DNA of 63,935 nucleotides, filler included, from Choristocarpus tenellus KU-1152 (GCA_964200185.2; 12 parts of 12 records of this genome joined end to end with filler, not necessarily neighbours in it); one strand, 5' to 3'. Counted from the whole stretch's first letter, positions 1 to 13,036 are shown. Made by a program: numbers and translations. The notes: generated from the sequence alone by a model not told the origin.

Positions 1-2094
1 AAATGGTTGCAAAAAATTTTTTTCCGGCCCCCAGCCAACACCAAACCTGGGCGAAACAAGCCAACCCCCCCCCCCCCCCCCCACAGATACTTTGAGCCTG
101 AATGAATAATTGAGGTGTGGAATCTTTCAAGAGACCAATCCCACAAGTAGTGGACATCTCTTCAATCAGAGATGTCACATATCAAATATTCTCTTTGTTG
201 TCACGTCTTGACTTTTGTAATGATCCCCTCTCACAAGATTCTCATCACTCCACAATTTCCTGAAGGTCTCTCCAGTCTTGCAGTGAAGTCAAGGAAACTG
301 TATGATACATGTTTAAGATTAAAAACAAAAATATGATCCTGCTTTTTTAATAATGAAATGGTACGGTCGGACTGGTAGAAGTGCATATATAATTTCAACA
401 CGTCACACTATTAGGAAAATAAAATTATTTGTGCCACAATAACGACATATTATCCCACCAACACGATCACTTTGATGTAACCTATGGTTGGACAGGACAG
501 CCTCCGCTGTCAAGTACTATCAGGTAGTTGGTAGAGCAACTCCGGATGTGTGGAGGCGGTAGTCACTGCATGTAGTTGTAGTCTGTGGTATCTACCTGTG
601 ATGAGTTCGGCAGGATGGGGAAGCAAGATGGAGTGGAGGGTGTAGATAAAGTTGCAAGGACCAATTGAAGGACACCACATCTACTATGTCCCTCCTTCAT
701 TTGAGAACCAAGCTTGACCTGCAATCAGCCCTGTCTCCCCCTTGAACACTGTGCCCATCTGGCCAATCATTCAAACTGACTTTCATGGGAGAAAGCAAAG
801 GATATTTGATGTTTGAAGATATCCCCATATGGATCAATCTCCCGACAAACATTAATATCAAAAAGGCAGAAAGACATACTGCAGATAAAGTGAGAGGAAT
901 GACATCCCCTGAAGTGAAGTCAAACTCCAAGAAATAATTGAAAGGGTATGGAGGTCCTCACAAATCGACCCCTGAACAATGTGGAGTGTGTGTACTATGT
1001 ACTCTTGGAGTATGTGCTGTCACGAGGTCTGTTGCCAGAGTAGCAATGAAGCGCAGGGTGAGGGGACCGCATGCAATGAGCCTATCACTCAGCAGTGAGT
1101 GATATGCAGAGGACTCAGCCTCAACAACAATAGCCCAAGTCGCAGTGTAGCAGGCTCTCGAACCGAATCCTTTCCTTTTGAGGGTGCTTGTTTGGCTCGC
1201 ACTTGCTATTCAAATTATTTACAATTCGAAGTTTGTATCTAATTAAACCTCTGTGCGTTGGATATATTTGGATCTGAGCAGAACCTGAGTACCCTGTAGG
1301 TTCCACCACACTCGCAGATGGATGTGCAAACGGATTATCTCCTCCATGGCCTGATTCGATTTTTTCCTCAGTTCCCCCTTGCCAAGAATCTTGTCTGCAA
1401 TATCTGGGCAGCCATTCTCTCCCTCACAAGTAGCTTGTGTTATGTGGGATGGACCATACTGTGGATGCATCTTCGATGCATCTTCCTGAGGACGTGGATT
1501 CTTATCAGGTTGGTACTTCAATAATACTCAGTGCGGTGATGCGACCTTCTATTTGAAGCAGGGTGGGTACGCCCATCCCCCCTGAGTAAATCTTATCTTT
1601 CTCGATTCCAGAGTTACTCGGGGTCTCGCGCAAACCGACTATGATAGGGGAGGCATCCTCCTCAGTGCCCACCCAGGCAACACCATACAGACAAGGGCGA
1701 GGTCAAGTTCTCTACAGGAGTTAGTGCCAGATAAGGGCCACGGTGTGCACATGGTGCTTCTCGATTTGTTTCCATCAACCACAAATGACTTCTTCCTGCT
1801 GAAACTTCACCTTCAAACATCATTACACTTTTGAACCGTTCAGATTTTTAGTGAGTGTGCGTGCACATCTGTCTCAGGCAGTATTCACCTAGGGCCTTCT
1901 ATAACACCACCATTTTAGTGAGCGTGACGGTTACGTTCAATACAAATTTCAAAAGCGTGCTTTTGAGGCGGTACTAAGAAGGGTGTAGATGATTGTACAA
2001 TTGGTAGAAGAAAAAAGGAGTTGCCTAAGTATTGAGGGATGAACCTGTAAGTATTGTAGACAGACTTGGGTGTCAATTATGTCCTAGGATGCGC

Positions 2095-2962
2095 GTTTTG
2101 CTTTGCTCAAGAATTCTGGATTATTATTTTTTTGTTTGCATTACACCCATTCTACCCCCCCATTGTAACACCACTTATGACCAACCAGTGCGGTCCCTCA
2201 TTCACTAACTTCCAGCCACCAGCCTACTCCGTGACCAACCAGTGCGAACCCTCTTCGCAACTGGTTTCCAGCTACCAACTACATCTGATGACCAACCAGT
2301 GCAATCCCTTCGCCACTGATTTTCAGTCACCACCACTTTCCCTTCCACCCCACCCGTCGACCCCACTCAACCCCACATCAGTTTCCACTCCACCACACCA
2401 GTCAGCACCACTCAACCCCACATCAGTTTCCACTTCACCACACCATTCAACCCTACTCAACCCCACACTAATTCCACTCCGCTACACCATTCAACACCAC
2501 TTAACACCGCAACACTTTCCACTCCACACCACTCAACACCATTTAACAATAATCCAAGAATACCTCTTCATCATCCACTTCAATACCGTGCCTTTGAACT
2601 AGAAGACATCTACCCCGCCTAAACTTGACCTCCCCCCCCCTGTTCCCCAGCATCCCAGTCGGTTGTGAGCAATCGAAAGGGTGGGTGGGCGCGAAAGATT
2701 GCTTGGAGGTTGCCTTGGTCTAGCCCTGCTTGTCCTGTTCCACCATCCTCGAGATTTCCTTGTGTTCTGATCCATCCCCTTCCTACCTCGTGCTTCCACC
2801 TACCACCCATTTCCTTTAACTTCGGTCCTACCCCTTCTGCCTCCTAGCCACCCAGTACTTAACTCTTCGTCCACCTTCTCAATATTTTCTCTTTACCCTA
2901 ATCAGCTCTCTGTTCCCCATACATCATTCTTCCCAGAATTCTCCTGCCCGCAAAACTCAGAT
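2095..2962 (+). repeat. Dispersed repeat with internal 54-57 bp subrepeats (possible LINE 5' region)
   Basis: Aligns by eye with the reverse complement of about 52028-52800. Shared blocks include GAATTCTGGATTATTATT, the TGACCAACCAGTGCG units, CTAGAAGACATCTACCCCGCC and CAAAACTCAGATT. Confidence 0.8.
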
Positions 2963-3144
2963 TTCTTCAAAAACTTTCCTGTTATAGGTGAGGGTGATTT
3001 TAAACCATGTATGGAATGCTACACTCACTCTTCGTTTGGAATTACGATAGATGTGACGACTTTGTTTAAGTAGATGCGGCTTTTTTCCTGACACATCATC
3101 TATCTGTAAAATGTCAGAGGGCATAATATATATATATATATATA

Positions 3145-3200
3145 GAGCCAAATTATCTTAGAGGGTAGAGCCGCGTCCAGTTGGGGGCCAAAGTCCAATG
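3145..3200. mobile_element. MITE family A, truncated at contig end
   Basis: GAGCCAAATTATCTTAGAGGGTAGAGCCGCGTCC matches the terminus of the full copies at 49958, 54589 and 57415. Confidence 0.85.
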
Positions 3201-3300
3201 NNNNNNNNNNNNNNNNNNNNNNNNNNNNNNNNNNNNNNNNNNNNTTAATTAATTAANNNNNNNNNNNNNNNNNNNNNNNNNNNNNNNNNNNNNNNNNNNN
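3201..3300. other. Artificial contig linker (N44-TTAATTAATTAA-N44), first of 11
   Basis: Identical 100-bp spacer with stops in all six frames at 3201-3300, 7306-7405, 11649-11748, 16161-16260, 26202-26301, 29322-29421, 33189-33288, 41026-41125, 44381-44480, 56066-56165 and 60147-60246. Confidence 0.98.
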
Positions 3301-3512
3301 GGGGAAATAAGGGGGTCTATCCAATATGCCATGATGGAGAAAAAAAAAACAAATGCAATAGAAGGTACACCCAGAATACCATCAACCCTAACCCTCACCC
3401 TAACCAGTTTTTTTTTTTCAATGAACACATTGGATTGCAAGAGGAAAATATAAGCACCCAGTGAGTGAGACACACAGCAAAGTACCCAGTGAGTGAGCAA
3501 GACGCACCTTAC

Positions 3513-5962
3513 TTCCTCCTCTACCATCTGAAATGGCAGGCCGGTCACAAGCAGGCATGGAAGATCTGGATACTTCTTCATCAGCAGTGAAGGACTGTTC
3601 TGGTTGTGTTTTCTGGCAGCCTCCCTGTTATTATCCCAGTATTGAATATCTAGCCACCTGATGAATGAAATGAATCAATCAATCAATCAAGTTGTAATGC
3701 AAAAGATGGTGAGAGCGTGTCCTCCAGCAAGGTACTTGCAATAGATTAACAAACGCCTTCCAAGGCTGTGAACAAATAAATACATGATACATTTCAAAAG
3801 TTAGGTGCGGCATAACAGGATATTTAATTTTTTAAATGCCACAAGGCTCTCATCTCAGTCAGTAAACACCCTCTATCCTCTCTGTATCTTTATATGTCGA
3901 AATCAGATGCAGAAAAAAAAATCCTCACGATGTACACCCTTGAATATCACATACTACTGGCAATGACTAGCAATAAAAAAAATCAACCTGGAGGGTACAA
4001 AACTTGTCAAGATAACTAAGATAACGAAGATGACTACCTCTCACAAGGTTTCTTAATAACCAACCAGAGCAACTCTTGTCCAATAACACCAAGCCGCTCA
4101 TTTATCAGAATACCCATTTGCTATATTGCCCGATTGCTGCAGAGACATCATTTGAACTTAAATTTGAATCACAAACAGAATTACAGCATCACAAGATTGA
4201 AACGATCTTATTGGCACATACATAGATGTAACAGTTTTTCAAAACGTACACACAAAAATAGGTATTAGGCTTAGGGTTAGGGTTAGATAAACATTTTTTT
4301 AAATGTTGTACCATTGAAAAACTGCCTTTTCAATGTGTCTCAACCGCCTATTAGAATACAAAAACCTGAGACCCCCACAAGAGCAAGAAAAGGTGTGACA
4401 CAGTACTACCTGGTAAATGACAAACAGCAATCATAAAAAAAATAAAGCGATATGAACAGAGTCAAACCAAATGAGAGTTAGGGTTAGGGATGCATTTTAA
4501 GGATCCTAAGAAAGGGCGAACAGGTGGCATCTAGAACAACTTTGATTGCAGAAAGAGCCTTTGGTGATTGGTGGTGTCGCTTTGCGTGTGGAAAGGGGGA
4601 ACATCGACTTTGTTTACACTATTGTGTAGGTACATCGACTTTGTTTACACTATTGTGTAAGGTACATTAATAAGTGAAAAAGAGAAACATGGCGTAGAAT
4701 GCAAAAGGGCCCAAACCCACCTGCCCCCTCAACTGGTTCAACTCATAAACAGTTCATCCAATATTTTAACATAGGGTTAGGGCTAAGGTTGAGGTTTGAG
4801 CAAAGGTAAGTGAGCAAAAAAGTACGAAAAATTATGAACCAGGGAAGTTGCATATCGTTCCAGTTGTTTCTTGTTGCTTCCAAACGCTCTCCAATCAAAT
4901 CGCTTCAAAAAATTCAAAAAGTCCACGAAAAAATCAATACAACACTAAGATCTAACCCTTTCAGACAATCAACATTAATCTTACCTCTCACTAATTTGAA
5001 ATTGAAATCAAGTGAGACCTTGGTACCTTGCTCATGAACAAAAAGAGCAGTGGGGGGGGGTATGTTCGACGAGACCTGATGGGTGAGCTCCATGCAGTCT
5101 TCACAAAAATAGGTACTCTAATGGGTCTACAGTGATGAACAAAAAAATCTACTATTTTTTGTAGCATAAAAATAAAAATATTCAATACAAGATGACTCTT
5201 ATCATTTTCCCAAATATTTATGTTAAAAAAATGATAATTAATTACAAGCTAACATTAAAATTTATCCACCATGTGCAAAGGACTAACCGAGATGCAAACA
5301 ACCAATCAAATCAACCAATCAAATCAATCAAAATGATTCACTCCATTTTCAGTTCTGACTAATCCCCACTAAATTGATCAAATTGTTTCAATCTGCAAAA
5401 CTCCACCTTTTTTTTTTTTTACATTTTTACAAACATTTAAAAACTATACAATAATACAAAAGTACAAATTGCATAAATCTGTCTATGTGCATTGATATCA
5501 ATTTTAATCTATATGAACTTTAATCTATATCACAGGCAACATGTGGAAGAACCTCTATTCTGTATCATTTAACCGCCACTCCTTGAGAAGAGAAACAACA
5601 AATACGTCCAAAGTACTCTCAAATTAAAAAAAAATGCAACAAAACAAACTGAAACTAAAAGTTGATAACATCTTTTGTTTACAACACAAAAAAAAATCAA
5701 CAAATTTTTCAAATAAATTCTCCCTAAAAAAAATGAATAATTTTCTTACAGCAGAATCGTTTTTTGAAGTACAAAGGACACACTTCCGTCACCTGCTGCC
5801 AATGTATGATCCTGTTAACCCCAGTACTGTTTCTGCCACTTGAGCGTCCTTCGCATACAACATAGCCACACCACGGTTGTTCACCATATCAAAGTGCTTG
5901 GGCACAGTCAGAGAGACAATATCTTCCTCCTTGATGCCATTATTAATGAAGAAACTGTGGAT
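3513..5962 (-). CDS. RRM-domain RNA-binding protein, two internal exons (5962-5793, 3657-3513)
   Basis: AG/GT boundaries with matching phase give IHSFFINNGIKEEDIVSLTVPKHFDMVNNRGVAMLYAKDAQVAETVLGLTGSYIGS-R-WLDIQYW...PCLLVTGLPFQMVEEE. This reads as an RNP1-like NRGVAML, the GxxIGxRWLDI RRM end, and the RNP2 (LLVTGLPF) of a following RRM. Partial gene. Confidence 0.75.
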
Positions 5963-5994
5963 CTGCACGGAATAAGAACAAGAACAATATATAT

Positions 5995-6150
5995 AATATA
6001 AAAGTATAAATATTTCCAGAACAATATATATAAAAGTATAAATATTTCCAGAACAATATATATAAAGAGTATAAATATTTCCAGAACAATATATATAAAA
6101 AGTATAAATATTTCCAGAACAATATATACATAAAATAAATATTTCCAGGA
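5995..6150. repeat. AT-rich minisatellite, about 33-bp unit, 4-5 copies
   Basis: Repeated AAAAGTATAAATATTTCCAGAACAATATATATA. Confidence 0.9.
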
Positions 6151-6348
6151 CAAAAAAATATACATTTTTTTTTTAAACAAAAAATAATCAGGGACCTGCA
6201 CCCAGGGGCTGGAGAGTTAGGATGTGTCCACCATCCGGGTTATTGCTACAGACCAACCCATAGCCCTACCACACGGAAACAGTTGATGGCCATGGACTCA
6301 AGCCATGTTTCAAATTCTACATACCCGGAAGAAAAATCGGACTGGTTA

Positions 6349-6520
6349 CGACAAGTAGGAGATGGTTATGGACAAGTAGGAGATGGTCATGGACAAGTAG
6401 GAGATGGTCATGGACAAGTAGGAGATGGTCATGGACAAGTAGGAGATGGCTATGGACAAGTAGGAGATGGTTATGAACAAGTAGGTGATGGTCATGGACA
6501 AGTAGGAGATGGTCATGGAC
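6349..6520. repeat. 21-bp minisatellite, about 8 copies
   Basis: GGACAAGTAGGAGATGGTCAT tandem. It produces the (GQVGDGH)n ORF at 6283-6585. Confidence 0.92.
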
Positions 6521-7188
6521 CCGGCATATTGCAACGTTTCAATTTCATCCATGACCATCCACCATGTAGAATACACACTGATTGACAAAAAAGGGTATGT
6601 TACGTGATATTGGGTGACACCAACTCACCCAATCCAAACAACTGAATGACTGAATGAAAATAAAACAAAATAAAATAGGAAGGCGTGTATATATTTTTTA
6701 AATCTCGAAATCTTGTTCCTGCCATTGTAGTAGGTTGTCTCCTAATTTCTTCAATTCAAGATCATAAATAATAAACCAAAACCACAATACGGTATATTCA
6801 CCTCCAAAACAAAACAACAAGGTCTATAATTGATGCTTGTATCATCTACTGACTGGTAGGATTTCAAAAATACATTATTTGTTCTAGTGATATTAAATAT
6901 TAACAATAATAATAGTACCAGGGCAAGAACTTGAAGGTTGAAGATTCACCACAACTGTACTACTATATACTTTATACATAGTTTAAGTATCAGCATTTTT
7001 GTAATAAGTAACATCAGTCAGTGTACCACCAGACAGTACTGTTACAATACTATAACAGCTACCTGAACAACTCAACAACACTATGGTCAATGTACCCTCA
7101 TGATACCTATTACCATACCTAGACACTATTATTACGGTACTAACAGGGTGAATACAGCCCACAAACACCAATTGTAAGGTATTGTAAG

Positions 7189-7305
7189 GTTAGGGAATTC
7201 TGATGTCTGTACAAAGTTTTTCAATGTGTTCACAGCTGCCAAATAAAACTCTTGGCAGCTGTGAACACATTGAAGAACTTTGTACAGACATCAGAATTCC
7301 CTAAC
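7189..7305. repeat. Near-perfect inverted repeat / foldback (54-bp arms, 9-nt loop)
   Basis: 7189-7242 is the reverse complement of 7252-7305 with one mismatch. The right arm ends exactly at the contig end. Confidence 0.9.
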
Positions 7306-8415
7306 NNNNNNNNNNNNNNNNNNNNNNNNNNNNNNNNNNNNNNNNNNNNTTAATTAATTAANNNNNNNNNNNNNNNNNNNNNNNNNNNNNNNNNNNNNNN
7401 NNNNNCTGTTCTACATAATGAGGAAATAATCGAGTTATTTACACACACAAGTCTTGGGAACACCAGTTTCTTTAACAGTCAGACTTCGGGGAACGGGAGC
7501 TATGTCCCGATCAAAGAAGGAAAAAACGCGGGGGAATAACTTCAGCGCAATTTTGAAGGTCATGACTTCAAAACGGACAAATATGAAGTGGTTGGCTGAA
7601 CTCCTTGCAAACACCCTGTCTAGGGTAGGTCGCTGCCTAAGTTTTGTCGGTGGGGCTGCACTGAAAAAAAAAGTAGACAAGACCCCCAACATTTTCGGAC
7701 ATTTCTTTATCGAGAAATCTTTTAACGCCTTCTTCTGCAGACTTTCTGTGAGCACACACACACGTGACTTACTTACACACCAACATGAACCACGAAGGTG
7801 AGACAAGGAGAGCCGCCGAGATCACTCTGCCCCCTGGATCTACCCTCGGCAACATCTCTGTCGAGAGGCGACGGAAAAACAAGTACCGTGTGACACTCAG
7901 TTCGAGTTAGGTGACGAGAAAGTGCGTGTAGTGTGGCGAAGCAGCATAATCAAATCGCGAAATGGATCATTGGCCGCGACGCTGACGCTGAGAGAAGATG
8001 CATTGAAAGTATTACCACATAAACGTGGTTGGATCTTCAACCACGTCGGAGCACTGTTCTGCAAGAAATGCCACCTCGGGATGTCGAATAACCTAGTGTT
8101 ATCCTTACCTTGTTTGTGCTGACACAAGTATACAACATAGGGTTATACGTACGTTTATATTTGGTTAGGTATGATACAGTGTACGTACGTATATAAAATA
8201 TAATAAGTCAACATTAATCCACACGTCAGTGATGATGGATGGTTGACGAGCAATTAATAATTCAGTGTGTGCTTTACCATGTAATTCAACTGCTAGCTTC
8301 CGGCGACGAGTCTCATGTGCGCCAAACTTCTCAACACGCTTAAGCGCTTAATCCAAACTCTGACCAGGGGAGGCGCAGCCAGACTGGTTTGTTTTGAATT
8401 GGCATAGCACCACTC

Positions 8416-11400
8416 ATGGCTTCTGATGGGACCAACACCAAACTCCTCCAGCTCTCGGACAACATTATGCGGAGTGGTTCGCTACAACGCGCGAATTTTG
8501 GGGGCTAAGGGGGACATTGATGAGGCACTGACCGGAGTATAGGAGGATACCCATCAGAGTTGGTGACATTGAATTCATTAAGGGCGAAGATGTCAGTGAA
8601 GACGAAGTGACCAAGCCCAAGAAGGCATATGACGTCCTGCTGAGGAGCACCAGTGGAATTTATCGGTGTATAGTCCGGAATGCTGCCTCACCTTCAGGAG
8701 TCTGGAACAATTACGTGAACAGTTTCTTATTCAATCAGATGAGGAAATAGCCAGACTCCAAAGGAAGGTCAATGACGGTCTAGATGCCTAGGGGGTCAGA
8801 TCCCCAAATCACCTTCACTATGATGCTGGACTGGGTTGCCCAGATGGCGATGATGGGGCATGTGATATCCGAGCAAGTCCTAGAAATCGCCATGCTGGAT
8901 TGTTTGGATGAGGACTACCAAATTACAAAACATTATCTGCAACATCATAACAAAGCCGAGCGTTCGAGGACTGTAATTCAACAAGCCGCTCGTTCGCGTT
9001 ATTTCTCACTCAAACGATAAATAGGAGACCGCGGAGAGCCTGGGAGCGTTTTAGCCGCGAGGAACACAAAAAGGGCTAGCCTAGGTGGCAGCCGAGTTAC
9101 GACTGATCACTGTACATACCCTGCGATGAGAGGATCATCCCAGAAGACAGGAAAAACATACAGATTCCTATGTTTTTAAAGGACTGTGTTACAGCTGCGG
9201 GAGCAAAGGACACCGGCAAGCTGAGTGCCCCTATGGGAGGGCAGGACCACCAAAGTTGGTGGAGAATACGTATTGCCAGAGGGCGACTCCACAGGATATG
9301 GCGGAAGAACTAGCTGGAACCGAGGAACCGGCTAGGCCAAGGAGAAAGTTCGAGACGGGATCAGGTGGACCGCCTAGAACAGGGAGAAAATTTAAGACTA
9401 GCTGGAACTGAGGAACCGGCTAGGGCAGGGAGAAAGTTCGAGACAGGATCAGGTGGACCGCCTAGAACAGGGAGAAAATTTAAGACTAGCTGGAACTGAG
9501 GAACTGGCTAGGGCAGGGAGAAAGTTCGAGACGGGATCAGGTGGACCACCTAGAACGGAGAAAATTTAAGACTAGCTGGAACTGAGGAACCGGCTAGGGA
9601 AGGGAGAAAGTTCGAGACGGGATCAGGTGGACCGCCTAGAACAGGGAGAAAATTTAAGACCATGTTAGCCGCGATGACTAACAATGGCGAGACTGGAGAA
9701 ATCCAGGAGTTGGGGGGTGAATGCGATGATAATGGGATCACCTGGATTGAAGGTGGACTAAGTGATGGCGAACTTGTGGAGGAGGTTGAGGACAAAATCC
9801 ATGATGATAGCAATGATGGTGAACTTGTGGAGGAGATTGTGAAAGCAGTTTGATGACGAAAATGAAGGTAATGACAATGGGATGGATCAAACCCAGGACA
9901 GCCAATGTGGAAGGGAACTACGATGACTCAGCATTGGAAATGGTGAAGATAACATCCTACACCATCGCACCAGATCAGGCAATACTTCCGCCAAAGCTGC
10001 TGTTTTTAATACGTCAAAAAAAAATTATGACTTGTTAGTCTGTTTCAATAGAGACTACCCTTGTGATGTGTGCGAGTGATGATTCTATCAGAGTGTTAGC
10101 TAATGAGCTCCCTCCAGAACCCAAGACTGTAAGAGCAGCACGTAGCTCTCCCGAATGTGAATTTATGGGATCGAGCTAGAGTAGAAGAGATGTCTGGTTT
10201 GTTGTTGAATAATGTTTGGGTGGAGGCCGTATTACCCCCTGGACGCAGGGCTATAGACACTAAATGGATTCACAAGCGTAAGACTAACAGATTTGGTGAG
10301 GTAGTTAGATACAAGGCACGTTTGGCAGCAAAAGGTTTTCGACAGATTGAGGGTTTAGATTATCAAGATACCTTTGTACCAACACCATCCCCTTCATCTT
10401 TGAGAATGGTTTTAGCTTTGGAAGCTGACAGAGAAGAGATTTTGTTCGTTTATGTAATGGGTGTGGAATATGGTCTGGAAAGATTGTACGTTTGATAAAA
10501 GCACTTTATGGCACCAAACAGGCAAGCAGAGAGTTCAATAATCTGTTGGTGCACGTTTTGAAAAAGTGTGGTTTTCAGCAATGTAGAGCAGACCCTTGTG
10601 TGTTACGCTATGTAAGAGATGGCATTGTTTGTGCTGTGATAGCCCCCCACGTAGATGATCTTTTGGTAGCTGGTAAAGTGGATGTTTTGAGTTGGGTTCG
10701 CTCTAGGATTAAAGAGCAGTTTTCCATAGAAGATTTTGGTGATATAGAGTATTATATGGGTTGTTAGATTTCACGTGACAGAAATGCACAGACTGTTACC
10801 ATCAGTCAGACTAGGTACATTAAGAGTGTTTGTCAAAGATTTGGTATGGATGGGGCAAAGAAGAGGTCGGTTCCCCATGATCTCTCAAGGACCTTAGACA
10901 AGAGTGAGGATCATCCAAGTGTTGATGAAAATACACCATACAGAGAGGCAGTTGGTAGTTTGATGTGGGCATCAGTTATGACCAGGCTTGACATTGCAAA
11001 TGCAGTTCGTCAAGTTGCCAAGTACAGCAGCAATCCCAAAGTCACACATTGGCGTGCAGTGAAATGTATTTTAGCATACTTGAATACGTGTCCCAGTGTT
11101 GGATTGAGTTTTGGTTGTTTTAATACCGAGTGTGAGTTGAGTGCATATACTGATGCTAGTTATGCTGGAGACTGGAATGATCGTAGGTCAGTGACTAGAG
11201 GAGCAATTATGTTTGCAGGAGGAGCAATATCTTGGATGTCAAAGGTGCAAAGAGTTGTAGCTCTGTCTTTCATAGATAGTGAATACATAGCTCTTAGTAG
11301 TGTGGCACAGGAATTACTTTTTTTGAGAAGTATTTTTGAGTTTATTCAGCCGCAGTTTCCTAGGCGTTGCATTGATTTGTTTGAGGATAATGATGGTGCA

Positions 11401-11602
11401 TGCAAACTAGTACGGAATGCCACAAGCTCTACTAGAACAAAGCACATTGATGTCCGACATCATTTTTTTAAGGGATTTATCTAGAAAAGGAGAGATTCGT
11501 GTTGTTTTTGTTGGTACTGCAAACCAGAGGGCAGATGTCTTGACCAAGAATTTGCCAGTTCGAGTTTTTAGACAACATGTGAAGTTTTTGATGAACATGT
11601 GA
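8416..11602 (+). mobile_element. Degenerate Ty1/Copia LTR retrotransposon internal region (gag, RT, RNase H)
   Basis: Gag-like frames from 8416 and a CCHC knuckle CYSCGSKGHRQAEC at about 9187-9228. RT motifs KWIHKRK, YKARLAAKGFRQ, KALYGTKQA and HVDDLL. RNase H motifs AYTDASYA, TKHIDVRHHF and ADVLTK. Stops and frameshifts throughout. Confidence 0.93.
9310..9660. repeat. 88-bp tandem repeat x4 inside the Copia element
   Basis: Units start at 9310, 9398, 9486 and 9572 (CTAGCTGGAAC...AAATTTAAGA). Confidence 0.95.
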
Positions 11603-11748
11603 CACAACATTTGTGTTTTTTTTTATTTTTTTTGTTTTATAATTGTTCNNNNNNNNNNNNNNNNNNNNNNNNNNNNNNNNNNNNNNNNNNNNTTAATTAA
11701 TTAANNNNNNNNNNNNNNNNNNNNNNNNNNNNNNNNNNNNNNNNNNNN

Positions 11749-11767
11749 CCCCCAGATACTTTGGGTC
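11749..11767. mobile_element. MITE family B terminus inserted in the mariner remnant
   Basis: CCCCCAGATACTTTGGGTC at the contig start, the same as the right end of the full copy at 51691-51868. Confidence 0.75.
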
Positions 11768-13036
11768 AATGACCTTCACCATCTCCTCAACGGACCCAAA
11801 CCGCTCCCCCATCACCCGGCATTTCAAAGACCTGAAGAAGTACAGGTTCATGATATTGAGGTCGGGGGAGTTAGATGGCTGCGTCACAAGCCTAATCGAT
11901 CACCCCTCAGTCCTCCCTGTCTTTGAAAAGATTTCTGAGTTGTCTTTGCCGGTGTGGGGGGTAGAACCGTCTTGCCGAACGACAACGTGCTTCTCCTGCA
12001 ACCAAGGAATCTTGGTCTTGATTGCAGGCAGTAACTCCTCCGTGTACCACTTCCTGTACCACAAATAGTCTAAAGTATAGTCCTGCTCATACACATCCCC
12101 CGTTTTATGTTTCTTGCTTGTCCAGTCTGCCATTTTTGGCGCACACACACACTAAACACCAAGCTTTCCATCAAAGCTGTGAGCCAAATCTGAGCGGGCG
12201 TTGGCGGCAATGATCATGGTTTTGGGGATCTGACTCTTATGCTGAACAGAAGGGGACCCTGGAAGGTCGCTATCATCCTTATACGGAAATGACCTAACCC
12301 TTCCCCCGTAAGTCATCACGTAAAACCAGGTTTCATCCACAGCGATTGTGTTAGCCATGGAGGTGTACACACCACGTTTTCGGTCCACTTGATCGCAAAC
12401 AAAGTCCATCCTCCATACCTTTTACCTCAATTCAAGCTTGGGTTTGATCCAGCGGCGATTCGGCATGGCCCCCATATCATCCAAACCACCTGTTTATGGT
12501 GCTCGTGCTAATATTCAGCCCCTTGGCAGCCATCTTCATTGTCACCTGACGTACTGTGGATGACCCATTATCGGAGTTGATACTATGTACTGTGAGCTCC
12601 GAAGGCTGCCCACTACGTGCCACCACCCCTAGGTAATAAAGCGTGTGGTCACAGGCGAGCTGATTGGCGAGCATGTAACGCTCGGACACTCCAAACTTGG
12701 CTGCGAGGGCCGACCCAACGTGTCACGGCAGTTTATGTTCACCAGGGACCATCGCGAGGGCGTGCCGCACTGCAACGTAAGTCCTGGTATTTCAGGGGAC
12801 ACTTGGGAATCCTTCCTACAGAAGGGGTAGACCGGGGGGGTTGCCATGCTGACGTTCTGGTCCTTGACATGCCCAACTCTGGCCTCAAAATCACCCCAAA
12901 ATAGCCCTACTTTGATGGCTTGAAGCACCTCGAGTTTGTACCTGATGATCGTCGACCCCCATCTTTTCCGAAAGCTGATACTATCAACCCGATTCGGCGC
13001 CGTTCTCGCTCGGCAAGTCTTGATGTTTCGCGGCAC
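11768..13036 (-). mobile_element. Tc1/mariner transposase pseudogene, plant-MLE (DD39D-like) type
   Basis: Motifs IAVDETWFY, QHKSQIPKTMIIAANAR, FDGKLGV*, VVVRQDGSTPH and QPSNSPDLNIMNL, with in-frame stops at Trp positions. The N-terminal extent is uncertain. Confidence 0.88.

Noticed and set aside
2066-2602. 178-aa Pro/Thr-rich ORF as a host gene
   Set aside because: It lies in a dispersed repeat whose other copy does not preserve the full frame.
9310-9660. CRISPR-like array
   Set aside because: The units are contiguous with no unique spacers, there are no cas genes, and the context is a eukaryotic retroelement.
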